From: an uncultured delta proteobacterium
GTDB lineage: Bacteria; Desulfobacterota; Binatia; Binatales; Binataceae
Reading direction: 5' to 3'
NCBI GenBank assembly: GCA_963724395.1
Contig: CAVRUK010000006.1
Location: forward strand, 2,379,125 to 2,443,124
DNA: 64,000 nucleotides
The position numbers and the translations under genes were made by a program. Shown piece after piece: positions 49,035 through 58,885 of the stretch. The notes beneath the pieces were generated by a model. That model was not told where the DNA came from. It worked only from the letters and a program-made list of their open reading frames with translations, and ran no database searches. Every line of letters begins with the position of its first letter. The stretch's first letter is position 1.

Positions 49035-52019
49035 TCATGGGCTTATGATACACATCGCGTTGCGGCTTGTGACGCTCGTCGTCACGTCCTTAATAACTAT
49101 CGAGTCGCCTAGCGTTACCGGACAACTCAGCCCCGCCGCCGCACAGCCGACCGTGTTCGACGCGGTGCAAGTCACCGGCGTCGCGCTGCATGCTGTCGTC
49201 GCATCGAGCAGCGTGAAAATATCGCTGTCGCCCGACCCGCTCGCCGCAGTCATGCTGCATGAAATCCGCGTGTAGGTCACCGTAGCCGGCGCCGCGATTT
49301 CCTCCGTCGCTTCTGTCGTCGATTCTCCCGCGCCTACCGGACTCAAATAGTAGGTCGCCGCCGTAGTGGGTATCGCGACGGGCTGGCTGAATAGCTGTCC
49401 CGGCCCCCGTCCTCCGCCTTGGCAACTCACATTGACAGTATCGGTCCCCGTCCCGGCTAGTGCCGCGCTGCCCCCTCCCGCCGTCGCGGTACAGCTATCG
49501 CCGTTTGTCGCTACACACGCGCATGCGCTCTCCGATTGGATACAAGACGCGGTGAAAGTGCCGGTACCGCTCGCTAATGTCACCGATCCCATGCACGGCG
49601 AGAGTAGATAGGTTGAATCTGCGGGGAGCAACCCAGGTGGCAACATCACCCCCGAGAAGACCGGCGCTATCCCGGAATGACCGAATGAGTCCGCATACAC
49701 ATGCACCGCCTCGCTCGGCGTGCTGCCCGAGCCGTTGAAAAATCCGCCGCCATTGAAGACTAATCCGCCCGGCGTCGTGTACCCGCTCTCGTAATAAACA
49801 TCCGCATTGTTATTGAGCGATGCGAACTGACTGTTGACAAAAACGACTGGCGCCCACGGCTGGTAAATCAGGTCTGAAGTCAGATAGTTCGCGTTCGCGC
49901 TCTCGATATCCAGCACTTGGCCGTCAATCTTGCCCGCAAAGCCGTTGAGCAAGACCGGCAACCGAATGTCGCCGCGGTCGGTCATTTCAAAATTGACAAT
50001 CGATCCGTTCGAGCCGCCACTGTAAAGCCCCACCTTGGCATCGTCGGCGAGCAGGTTATTCAGCGTAAAATCATGCGCCGAGTTGCCCATGTCGAACCCA
50101 ACGCGCTCTCCGTCATTCTCGACGTGCAGATGGTCCCACGTTGTCTGAAAGCAGTTGTTAAAGCACTCAAAGCCCTCAGTCGGCGAACTCACGTCGATAT
50201 TTCGCCAGATAGAGTTGATGTTCCAATTGCCCCACAATGGGCCGCCCACTAGGTTCAGGTCGTGGATACTGTTGCCATCGAGTGCGTTGCCCTCGTTGCC
50301 GCCGTCGACCGGCAGGTAAACATTCACACCCCTGGTGCCGCTGACTGCTTCAACCATATTGTCCGGCGAACAACTCGCCTGTCCTATCGAGGCACACGCC
50401 GCCGGAAAGTTCAGCAGCAGGCTCGTGCTCGAATCGTTCGCCAGGTTCGCACTGGGCGCAGTCGTCGCGTTCGTATAACCGCGTGACGAGTTCGAGAATC
50501 GCCAGCTCTCTAAAAAAGCATTTGGCGAGTAACCACTAACGCCACCGCCATGAAAGGCCTGTGAGGTGCCCGGCATCCCAATGTCTTCATACAGACTCTG
50601 CGTCAGCGTGCCCGTCGCCGCCTGCGTTACGGCTGGCGTCCCGAGTGCGGTGCCCGGCGCAACCATCCAGAGCTTGATATTCGAGCCATCGTATTGGAGT
50701 ACGACGTAAAAGACCGTGTTCACGGTCGGGACCGTGCTCGAAACCAGATGATAGGTCGTGCCGCCTATCGTCGCGATTGCAGCTATGTCACCGGCCGATC
50801 CCGCGACGCCGATCGCGTAGGCCGAGGCACCGCCGCTGAAACTGTTAGACAGCCACTGGAATGTGTAGCTCCCCGGATTTGAAGTTGGTTTGGCGGACGT
50901 TCCGCCTACACTTGCGACAAACATTGCGTCTTGGCCGGGAGCCGAGCTGATCTTGAAGAAGCCCTCGATGGTGAAGCTTGCGAGACCGTTCCATTCCATC
51001 GCCGGCGTGTCGCGCAGGTTGAGCATGATACCGTTGTTGGTGCCACTTGCCGCGGCGCTGACCTGGTAGCTGTTGCCAGCGCTTCCCACTATCGGCGCCG
51101 CCAATGTGATGTTGTTCGACGCTGGCGCTTCCATGATAATCGAAGGCCCGTCGTAGTTCTGTGTCAGGCGAGTTGCCGGCGCGCCGGGCGTCCCGCCATA
51201 GGTACCCGAGAACAGCGCGCCGCCCAAATCTCCGTTCGGGCAGTTATACGCCAGCGGAATCGTATGATAGTAAACGCCGCTCGGAAGATAGACGTTTGGA
51301 TTTGGGCTGGTAGAGCCACTTGTGCACGGGCTGAAAGCAGTTTGCAGCGCAACTGTGTCATCGGTCGTTCCGTCACCCGTCGCGCCGAAAGCCTTGGCGT
51401 TGAGACTCCCGTTGACACTAAACCGAGTGAGCGCATTTGATCCGTCGCTCTTCGCCCCAACCAGCGTGTTGATCAGCGCGCCAGTCTGCCCCGAATAAAT
51501 CGGCGCCTGGCCGCCCAGCACTGTGGCGACCCTAGGATTCGGTAGCGAACCTGCCAGATCGCCGCCCGAGGTCTGCCCGAACGAGAGCGCATCCCCCGCG
51601 ACCGTCCCATTCGCCAGCGAGGTTATCTTGTTGCCGTTCGCGTTGAGGCTCGCCTCGAGCGCGCCCGTCGAGCACGACCATTGCCCTCGGGTTCCCACTG
51701 CCCATGCGCCGCCGCCTCCGTTGACGCATGGCGTCGCTCGTTTGCAGTCCTGGCAGTACACCAGCAACCCGTCCTGCTCTGCCGGCAGATTTGCGAAGCT
51801 CGGACCCACCAGCAGCGGAAATATGGGCTGCGCGCCCGAGAAGCGATCGTTGATCGACTCGCGGAACTGAAGTCCCGCGCCAACCCCGGTGAAATTTGGA
51901 ATCGGCTGATAGGCTCCTGGCGGCGGCAAATTTTGAGCGCGGACGCTTGAGAGGGAAATCGTTACTAGCGCAAATACAGATACTGAAAAAACCTGCCACC
52001 AAGTCCGTTTCGAGTGCAT
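49035..52019 (-). CDS. large secreted right-handed beta-helix protein (pectate-lyase superfamily), putative polysaccharide hydrolase/lyase
   Basis: Signal peptide (start moved to MHSKRTWWQVFSV...); 'NAKAFGATGDGTTDDTVALQTAF' motif typical of Pectate_lyase_3/GH28-like beta-helix proteins; about 990 aa, Gly/Thr/Ser-rich repeats. Confidence 0.65.
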   Translation of the reverse strand: MHSKRTWWQVFSVSVFALVTISLSSVRAQNLPPPGAYQPIPNFTGVGAGLQFRESINDRFSGAQPIFPLLVGPSFANLPAEQDGLLVYCQDCKRATPCVNGGGGAWAVGTRGQWSCSTGALEASLNANGNKITSLANGTVAGDALSFGQTSGGDLAGSLPNPRVATVLGGQAPIYSGQTGALINTLVGAKSDGSNALTRFSVNGSLNAKAFGATGDGTTDDTVALQTAFSPCTSGSTSPNPNVYLPSGVYYHTIPLAYNCPNGDLGGALFSGTYGGTPGAPATRLTQNYDGPSIIMEAPASNNITLAAPIVGSAGNSYQVSAAASGTNNGIMLNLRDTPAMEWNGLASFTIEGFFKISSAPGQDAMFVASVGGTSAKPTSNPGSYTFQWLSNSFSGGASAYAIGVAGSAGDIAAIATIGGTTYHLVSSTVPTVNTVFYVVLQYDGSNIKLWMVAPGTALGTPAVTQAATGTLTQSLYEDIGMPGTSQAFHGGGVSGYSPNAFLESWRFSNSSRGYTNATTAPSANLANDSSTSLLLNFPAACASIGQASCSPDNMVEAVSGTRGVNVYLPVDGGNEGNALDGNSIHDLNLVGGPLWGNWNINSIWRNIDVSSPTEGFECFNNCFQTTWDHLHVENDGERVGFDMGNSAHDFTLNNLLADDAKVGLYSGGSNGSIVNFEMTDRGDIRLPVLLNGFAGKIDGQVLDIESANANYLTSDLIYQPWAPVVFVNSQFASLNNNADVYYESGYTTPGGLVFNGGGFFNGSGSTPSEAVHVYADSFGHSGIAPVFSGVMLPPGLLPADSTYLLSPCMGSVTLASGTGTFTASCIQSESACACVATNGDSCTATAGGGSAALAGTGTDTVNVSCQGGGRGPGQLFSQPVAIPTTAATYYLSPVGAGESTTEATEEIAAPATVTYTRISCSMTAASGSGDSDIFTLLDATTACSATPVTCTASNTVGCAAAGLSCPVTLGDSIVIKDVTTSVTSRNAMCIISP

Positions 52020-52486
52020 TCCTGATACCTTGCCGCGGACTCTCGGGCGATTGTCGTGCGTACTCAAACTCAAATCGTGATCGCGAATGACGCGGGCGGT
52101 GATCGAAAACATTCGAACATCACCTACAGTCTGCCATCATAATTCGGAAAGCGTAAGGCGGAAAAGTTCAGGGGGTAGGAAAAGCGAAAATTAAGCGGGA
52201 GACCAGCCGCACGGGCGGACCTTCAGGCAGACCAGGCGCGGCATAGAACGCCGCCGCTATCGGTCTTTCGGAAAGCGTCATGCGGAAAACGTCGAAACCG
52301 CTATCGTAAAATCGCAACCGGTGCCGAGGATAACCGGCGATATTCCCTGCTCACACCGTCCGGCAGCGCGGAAGCCGCGCGGAAGCCGCAAGGAAAAAGC
52401 CTGACCGGACTTTCAATTCCCGGAACGACCAGCCCCCGCCACCCATTTCTCCAAGCGCCGCCGCGATAGTCTCGACCGACTGAGAC

Positions 52487-53254
52487 TCATTCGCCTCGAT
52501 GCATTACGCCGGGAACGGTTTGTAATTGCGTCCAGAAGCCCGGCGGCTGGGAGTTAACGAAGCTTTGCAACGACCCTATGGCGGGTACGATGCCGTCGTG
52601 GAACATCTGCGGATAGCCGAAGTCTTCCGCATAGTTGTAGTAGAACCCTTCAGTCTTCTCGTAGCTCTGAGTTATTTCATGAGTCCACAGGACTTGCCCA
52701 TTTGCGTTGTTGACCAGTTCCAGCTTCAAGCTGAGCGAATCCTGAACCGTACCGATCGGCAGGCCAAGCAAATAGAACAGACCGGCGTAAGGACCGATCA
52801 GATAACTGTAAGTCGTGCCGTCCCAATCGGTGTTGATGATAGTTCCGCGGAGCAGCAGATTCGCATTCGGATCGGCAGGGCGATTGGTCACGTATACTTC
52901 GTGGAACAATCCGGCCTGCTGCAACTCGGCCGCAGTCGCCTCCGCCAGGTCATCGCTCGGACGGAAATTGTAAGCGGCCTCGGTCAGAAAGCCGTTGGCG
53001 TTTTCGGGCCGCTTGTAGCTCGAAGTACAGTAAGGGACGAGCGGAATTATGCAAAGGTAGATGTATCTCGAGTTTTCAGTGCCACGCTGATCTTGAAAAT
53101 GCTCGACGGCGACTACCGCCGGCACCGGCGTTGTCGCTATCCTAGTCGCGCCGGGTTGATACTCCCATCCGGCCTTGGTCGAGCATCCGGACATTAGCAC
53201 TACAAAGGATAACGCGAAAAGAAAACTCGCCTTATAGTTTGCAAAGTTCACCAT
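52487..53254 (-). CDS. lipoprotein, function unknown
   Basis: MVNFANYKASFLFALSFVVLMSGCS lipobox; lower GC than surroundings. Confidence 0.5.
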   Translation of the reverse strand: MVNFANYKASFLFALSFVVLMSGCSTKAGWEYQPGATRIATTPVPAVVAVEHFQDQRGTENSRYIYLCIIPLVPYCTSSYKRPENANGFLTEAAYNFRPSDDLAEATAAELQQAGLFHEVYVTNRPADPNANLLLRGTIINTDWDGTTYSYLIGPYAGLFYLLGLPIGTVQDSLSLKLELVNNANGQVLWTHEITQSYEKTEGFYYNYAEDFGYPQMFHDGIVPAIGSLQSFVNSQPPGFWTQLQTVPGVMHRGE

Positions 53255-54007
53255 CCTCTCCTTTTTCGCTAATCGCCCGCGGGCACTCCTGCGGCTCATC
53301 CGAAGTTCAAGGTACTGAAATATGTATACTCCGAGTTAACGTGGCGGCGCGAGCAGCACCAGCCCCGCGAAACGCCGCCGACACGCCATTCGCAAAAAAT
53401 ATTTTCACGTATGCCATAAAGTGATGACGCCGCTCCTCGCTGCGTTCTCTAGTTTGGCGCGTTCGACAAGTACGGCGCAGCTGGGCGCGGCAAGACAAGG
53501 CAAAGCAAGGGCGGGCGCGGGTCACCTTGTTCGTTAGCGCGCCGTTGGCTTTCGACGCGTTAATTGCGATGCAGCAGGCAACACCCTTACGTCTTTCACT
53601 GCGTTGTAAATCCAATTATGGCTTCGTCCGTTCCAGTACCTTCAGGTACCTCCCCTGATAAACGGCGTGGTCATCACTGACAGCCGGTCCAAGGGATGGA
53701 CAGTCGTCCAAAACGGTCCGCTTTTCGTCCGGATAGAAGTAAAACAAAAATACAACCTGTGCTGAGGATAACTGGTCGTATTCCCTCCTTAGGTCGCCTG
53801 GGACCGTACAAGGACGAACGAGATATGCTGCAGCCGGGGGGTCTATACCGGAAACCACGAGTCCTGCCCCGCCCTGTTCGCCAAGCGCCGCTGTCTTCTT
53901 ACCAGCCGAAATCGCCATTGCCCGCTCCCACTCTGATTTCAACTCGGGGCTGTCCATAACCAGGCAGTCACCGCGTCTCTTCTCGCGTTTTTTGTGAAAG
54001 TGATTTC

Positions 54008-55100
54008 CTATCTCGCTCGGTTGAAAAACGCAGGAATGGCTATCAGACAGAGGCATATCGCCAAAGGTCGCTGCCAGCGGCCTCCAGAGGCGCATGCTAT
54101 GACGCCGATCGGTACTACTATGTACTGATAGCGGCCGTCGAACAGCAGAAAGTTGGCAATTGCCAACAGCCCCATCGTCAATACGAATCTTCCAAGGCCG
54201 GTCTCGTACCCCCTAATCCACTGAACAAAGTTAGCGATCCCCTCGGTTACCAGCCATAGTGCGCCAATCAGCCAAAATGTGACGTATGTACCAACATAAC
54301 AGTGCCAATTGACACCTGGAGGCCGCAGGAATATCGCTTGGTCCAACTGCAAGCCAAGCTGGCCTCTGGCTTGATAGTCCGAGAGTCCGCGCACCGGTAT
54401 GATTGTCCAAAATAGGGATCCGGGGCCAAAGAGGGCTGCCAGCAATAACGCGAGTGCCATCCCGGTGACAAGTAGTACCCTGAGTGCCCCGATGCACCGG
54501 CCCGGTCATTTCGGCCTCTTGCTACGTCGCTCAACAGGAAGAAAAGCAGGACCGCAGCATTAAACGTAGCCGATAGCGGGCTTGCAGAGCGCCAGTGCGA
54601 TCGCCCGATCGAATCTGCCGCGCAGTTGCTCAGCGAACGCGTTGGTCAAGAACGCCGCCTCCAGCGCGTAGGCTAAATTGTCATACCGCGAGATTAGAAG
54701 CGGGAGAGTCAGGAGCACCAAAAGCAGACCGCCGACCTTCAGCTCCAATGCGGCGGCGATTCGTGCAACACCCACGGCGATGAAAACTTCGATCGCCGTA
54801 GCGGCAACCGCGTATGTCAGCGGCGAGTATCCGTACGCTCCGAATAGGATCTTGCCGATGAGCAACGGGAGCAGACCGTACTGGTAACGAAAGTCAAGTT
54901 ATGGACGCAGGCCGTGGCCCAAGAGATCTTGAGCGGCAAGGTACGAGCCTTGATCTCCCGGCGGAGAGACGTATTCCTCAAAACGAAAATAGTCGTGCCA
55001 CTGTAGGAGTAGCGCCACGACTAGCTCAATAGCGAAAGCCCAGCGCAGGCCGCGAGCCAGGTTAGTCCAGTCGGCGTGGCCGTCGATTCCGCCCGCACCT
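54008..55100 (-). pseudogene. remnants of a GT-C (ArnT/PMT-like) membrane glycosyltransferase gene broken by frameshifts/stops
   Basis: Several short minus-strand ORFs in different frames (54008..54460, 54560..54865, plus an upstream fragment) all encode TM-helix-like peptides. Low-GC context. Confidence 0.35.
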
Positions 55101-55150
55101 CGAATTCGGGTTCTGTCCTTGAGCGCAAGTCGGTGCGCAGAATCAACTAC

Positions 55151-56983
55151 TCAGGCAATCGTGAGTTGCCGATCCGCAATCGTGGGCGCGCTGCTCATGT
55201 CGGTCACGCCCAGCCAGAAGCGCCGCAGCGTTATCCGGTGAGCGATCGTGAATGACTCGAGCGCCGCCAGTTGCGCGGCCGACAGCGTCTCCTGCGCGAT
55301 CACTATTTCGTCGAAGGGCGTGCGCGCGATTATCCCGTCGAGGTCGTCGAGCGATCCCAGCACCGGGTAGCCATGGAAGAGCTTGCCATGCTTGAAGCTG
55401 TCGTCGTCCAACACGCCCAGCAGTTCCGCGCTGGCTCCGACCGTCAACTGCAGATGTTGTACGGCTGCCGCTCCGCGCGCGTCGGCGCCCACGATGACCA
55501 TCCGCCGGGCCGAAGACGCCAGGAACCGTCCGATCCGCTGGAAAAGATGGAACGACCAGCGCGTCGCGACCAGGAAATTGAACATCAGCAGCACGAACAT
55601 CACCACCGTCGCGCGCGAGATGGTTATCGGCGCTATCGACGACGCCAGCTCGACCGCCAGTCCCGCGATTATCGCCGCCAGCATGAAGCGCACGGCCTCC
55701 GCCAGTCCCGTGTATCGCCATATCCCGCGATAAACGCCGGCTACCATGAACGCGCCGCAGCCGATCAGCACGATCCACGGCAGTCCCGCCAGCATCTGGT
55801 CCACCTGCGCGTTGGTCAAATCGAAATCGAAGCGCAGCATCGTCGCGCCAAAGTACGCCGCCGCCACCAGCGCGACATCCAGCACCAACTCGACCAGCCG
55901 GCGCTTGTACCCGAAGCTCAGGATGACGCGCGCTATCGCCGGCAGGTCTTCGATTTGACCGGGTGCTTCCGTCTCGAACGATCGATCCATCAGGAACAAC
56001 GCCACCAGCGCGAAGAACAGCGCCATGAACGGAATCAGCAGGACCGCGTCGTAACCCGGCACCAGGCTGAGCGCGATCGCGCATCCGCCCGCCATCGCCT
56101 GCAGGCCTATCAACGTCGCCGCCGCGGTCGCACTCGACATGCCAAGGCGGGTCAGCCGATGATGCGAATGGTCGAGGCCGCGCTTCGATATCGGATTTCC
56201 CGTCGCCAGCCGCGTCACCGTCACGGTCGCCATGTCGAGCAGCGGAACCATCAGCGCCAGCAACGGCATCGCGAGGCGCGCCGGCAGCGAACCCTCGCCC
56301 CAGTGGCTAGCTTGAATCGACAGGACTCCCAGCACCAGTCCGACCGCGAGCGCCCCTTCGTCGCCCATGAAAACCGACGCGGGCGGAAAGTTGAACACCA
56401 TGAATCCCGCCAGCGCTCCTGCTATCGCAAGCGCCGCGACCATCGTCACATAGTGCACATGCAGCCCTGCCACCGTCGCGATACTCAGCGCCGCGACAAT
56501 TCCCACTCCCGCCGCAAGGCCGTCCACCCCGTCGATTAAGTTGAACGCGTTGGTCGCGGTGACCAGCCAGAAAATCGTCAGCGCAAGGTTGGCGGCGCGG
56601 TAGGGGAAGAAGTCGAGATGCGGCCCCCACCACACGAGGACCGAGATTGCGGCCAGCTCCAGCATGAGTTTATGCCGCGGCGGCAGATCGACGATGTCGT
56701 CGAGCAATCCAACCAGGCACATCGCGACCGCGAACGCCGCCAGCCACGGCATAGTGTGGTGCGGAAGTCCCGCCAGAATTCCAACCAATCCGATCGCAAC
56801 GACGAAACCCGCCATCACCGCCAGGCCGCCGAGCAGCGCGGTCGGTTTTTCGTGCGGGCGATCGATCGAAGGCTGTGCGACGATCCCAAAGTGGACTGAC
56901 GCCGCCTTCGCCAACGGCATCGCCGCCAAGGCGACCAGAAACGACGACACTAAAGTGAGCGCGATTTCAAATCCGGTGGTCAT
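55151..56983 (-). CDS. initiating phosphoglycosyltransferase (WecA/MraY family, Glycos_transf_4) with C-terminal CapD/WbaP-N-like nucleotide-binding domain
   Basis: 'NAFNLIDGVDGLAAG' and other MraY/WecA motifs in the N-terminal 330 aa; C-terminal half has extra TM helices and 'MVIVGADARGAAAVQHL'. Confidence 0.8.
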   Translation of the reverse strand: MTTGFEIALTLVSSFLVALAAMPLAKAASVHFGIVAQPSIDRPHEKPTALLGGLAVMAGFVVAIGLVGILAGLPHHTMPWLAAFAVAMCLVGLLDDIVDLPPRHKLMLELAAISVLVWWGPHLDFFPYRAANLALTIFWLVTATNAFNLIDGVDGLAAGVGIVAALSIATVAGLHVHYVTMVAALAIAGALAGFMVFNFPPASVFMGDEGALAVGLVLGVLSIQASHWGEGSLPARLAMPLLALMVPLLDMATVTVTRLATGNPISKRGLDHSHHRLTRLGMSSATAAATLIGLQAMAGGCAIALSLVPGYDAVLLIPFMALFFALVALFLMDRSFETEAPGQIEDLPAIARVILSFGYKRRLVELVLDVALVAAAYFGATMLRFDFDLTNAQVDQMLAGLPWIVLIGCGAFMVAGVYRGIWRYTGLAEAVRFMLAAIIAGLAVELASSIAPITISRATVVMFVLLMFNFLVATRWSFHLFQRIGRFLASSARRMVIVGADARGAAAVQHLQLTVGASAELLGVLDDDSFKHGKLFHGYPVLGSLDDLDGIIARTPFDEIVIAQETLSAAQLAALESFTIAHRITLRRFWLGVTDMSSAPTIADRQLTIA

Positions 56984-57321
56984 TGTTGCTTTCCCGGTCC
57001 GGTCGGTTCGTAAAGCGAAAACTTAAGATGCCCACCGTGGAGCAGCATTTCCGCCGTCAGCACACTATCGCCGTTCAATGGTTAACGCCAAGCCACATTT
57101 CAGTCGACCGGGCGCGGTCGGCGCCCGAGATGCGACTCGCTGCCAATCATGGCGAGTCAAAGCCGTCCCAAACCTCGGCTAAGACACCATGGCAGAGGAT
57201 CGATGCTACGTCAAGACGCGCTATGTCGATTTATGAAGTGCGTACACGAGTCCACCATCGCCGCAACCTGCCGCCAGCAGCTTACTTACTCCCTGTCTTA
57301 AAATGCTACTTTCAGACGAGC

Positions 57322-57615
57322 CTACTGCTTCTGCACGATCACGTTGCCGTCTTTGTCCAGGGCAATGCAATCAACCTGCTGCCCGGCATAAAACGCCCCA
57401 CAAATCGACTTGTCCACGCTCGGACATTTGTAGAGATTCGGTGCCGTCTGCTGGCATTGCGAAACGTCGAAATGCATTTGCGTCTGCAGTTTGTTCTCGG
57501 ACGCCTGCGACGGCGAAAAAAGATAGCACCCCGACAGCGCGAGCGTCGCCGCCGACACCATCATCGCAATCCTCGCCGCACGCATCCTGGTCACACTTGC
57601 CACATTCACCTTCAT
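57322..57615 (-). CDS. small lipoprotein, function unknown
   Basis: 97 aa; signal peptide plus lipobox 'LALSGC'; four further Cys. Confidence 0.45.
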   Translation of the reverse strand: MKVNVASVTRMRAARIAMMVSAATLALSGCYLFSPSQASENKLQTQMHFDVSQCQQTAPNLYKCPSVDKSICGAFYAGQQVDCIALDKDGNVIVQKQ

Positions 57616-57711
57616 CGTTGGTACCCTCGTGGTGACAACGACTTACAACGATTTCGCGCGCATCACAACCGCGGAAATCGTGATTATCTTTACCTTCCAG
57701 GAGTATAGACA

Positions 57712-58755
57712 ATGCGGTCATCGCTGAAACTCGTTTCGGATGGCGCCGCGCTTGGCAGCAGCCGTCCGTTCTCTCACGATTCGTCCGAAGATCATCTGTT
57801 CGACGCCTATTCGCGCGCCGTCACGGGCGCTGCCGAGTCCATCAGCCCGGCCGTGGTGAATATCGAGGTGGCGCACGCCACCGGACCTCGGGCCAACTCC
57901 CGAAATCCTGACGCGCCCGCCGGCAGTGGCTCAGGCTTCATCGTGGCGCCCGACGGCTACATCGTTACCAACAGCCACGTCGTTCACCGCGCGTCGCGAA
58001 TCTCGGTCACGCTCTCGGACGGGCGCAAGTGGGAGGCGGAACTGATCGGTGACGATCCCGAGACCGACCTCGCCGTGATTCGAATCAGCGCCTCGAACCT
58101 GGCCGCCGTCCCGCTCGGCGACTCGCAGGCGATTCGCGTCGGACAACTCGCGATCGCGATCGGAAATCCCTACGGCTTCCAATGCACCGTGACGGCCGGC
58201 GTGGTCAGCGCGCTTGGCCGATCGCTGCGCGCTGGATCGGGCCGCCTGATCGACAACGTCATCCAGACCGACGCCGCGCTCAATCCCGGGAACTCCGGCG
58301 GACCACTGGTCAACTCGCGCGGCGAGGTTATCGGCGTCAACACGGCGATCATCCTGCCCGCGCAGGGAATCTGCTTCGCCATCGCGATCAACAGCGCCAA
58401 GCTGGTCGCAGGTCATCTCATCAAGGACGGCAAAATAAGCCGCGGCTATATCGGAATCGCCGGCCACAACGTCGAGATGCCGCGCCGTTTCGTTCGCTTC
58501 TACCGCCTGCCTGCCGAAACCGCCGTCCGCGTCGCGTCGGTCGAGGCCAACAGTCCGGCCGCGCTCGCCGGTATCAAGGAAGGCGACCTCGTGGTCCGTC
58601 TCGGCGAATCGCCGATCGCCGGCATCGACGACCTGCAGCGTCACCTCACGATGAGCCAGGTCGGGATGCGCACGCCGGTCACGCTAATCCGCGGCACCGA
58701 ACAACTAACCCTGGAAATAATCCCAGCCGAAGCCGCCCATAGGCCGCGCGAATAA
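57712..58755 (+). CDS. S1C (HtrA/DegP-like) trypsin-fold serine protease with PDZ domain
   Basis: Catalytic triad context 'TNSHVV', 'DLAVIRI', 'GNSGGPLVN'; C-terminal PDZ ('GDLVVRLGESPIAGIDDL'). Confidence 0.85.
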   Translation: MRSSLKLVSDGAALGSSRPFSHDSSEDHLFDAYSRAVTGAAESISPAVVNIEVAHATGPRANSRNPDAPAGSGSGFIVAPDGYIVTNSHVVHRASRISVTLSDGRKWEAELIGDDPETDLAVIRISASNLAAVPLGDSQAIRVGQLAIAIGNPYGFQCTVTAGVVSALGRSLRAGSGRLIDNVIQTDAALNPGNSGGPLVNSRGEVIGVNTAIILPAQGICFAIAINSAKLVAGHLIKDGKISRGYIGIAGHNVEMPRRFVRFYRLPAETAVRVASVEANSPAALAGIKEGDLVVRLGESPIAGIDDLQRHLTMSQVGMRTPVTLIRGTEQLTLEIIPAEAAHRPRE

Positions 58756-58776
58756 GCTCCGCGGCCATCTCTGGTT

Positions 58777-58806
58777 CCCCTTCCCGCGCGGGAAGGGGTT
58801 AGGTTC
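58777..58806. repeat. short palindromic hairpin repeat, family B; terminator-like after the protease gene
   Basis: 'ccccttccc gcgc gggaagggg ttaggttc'. Confidence 0.55.
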
Positions 58807-58885
58807 TTCTGACCCAAGCTGCGCGCTTGCGCTCTATCGGATCGAGGGTTACAACGAAAATCTCTGCCCCAAAGAGGTTTCTCCG

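Noticed and set aside
53307-54095. ORFs 53307..53615 and 53616..54095 as protein-coding genes
   Set aside because: No signal peptide, domain motif or convincing start context. Kept only as part of the low-GC insert description.
57000-57320. Searched upstream of the priming transferase for JUMPstart/ops (GGCGGTAG) elements
   Set aside because: No ops motif in the leader. The only GGCGGTAG in the window (16643) is inside a coding region.
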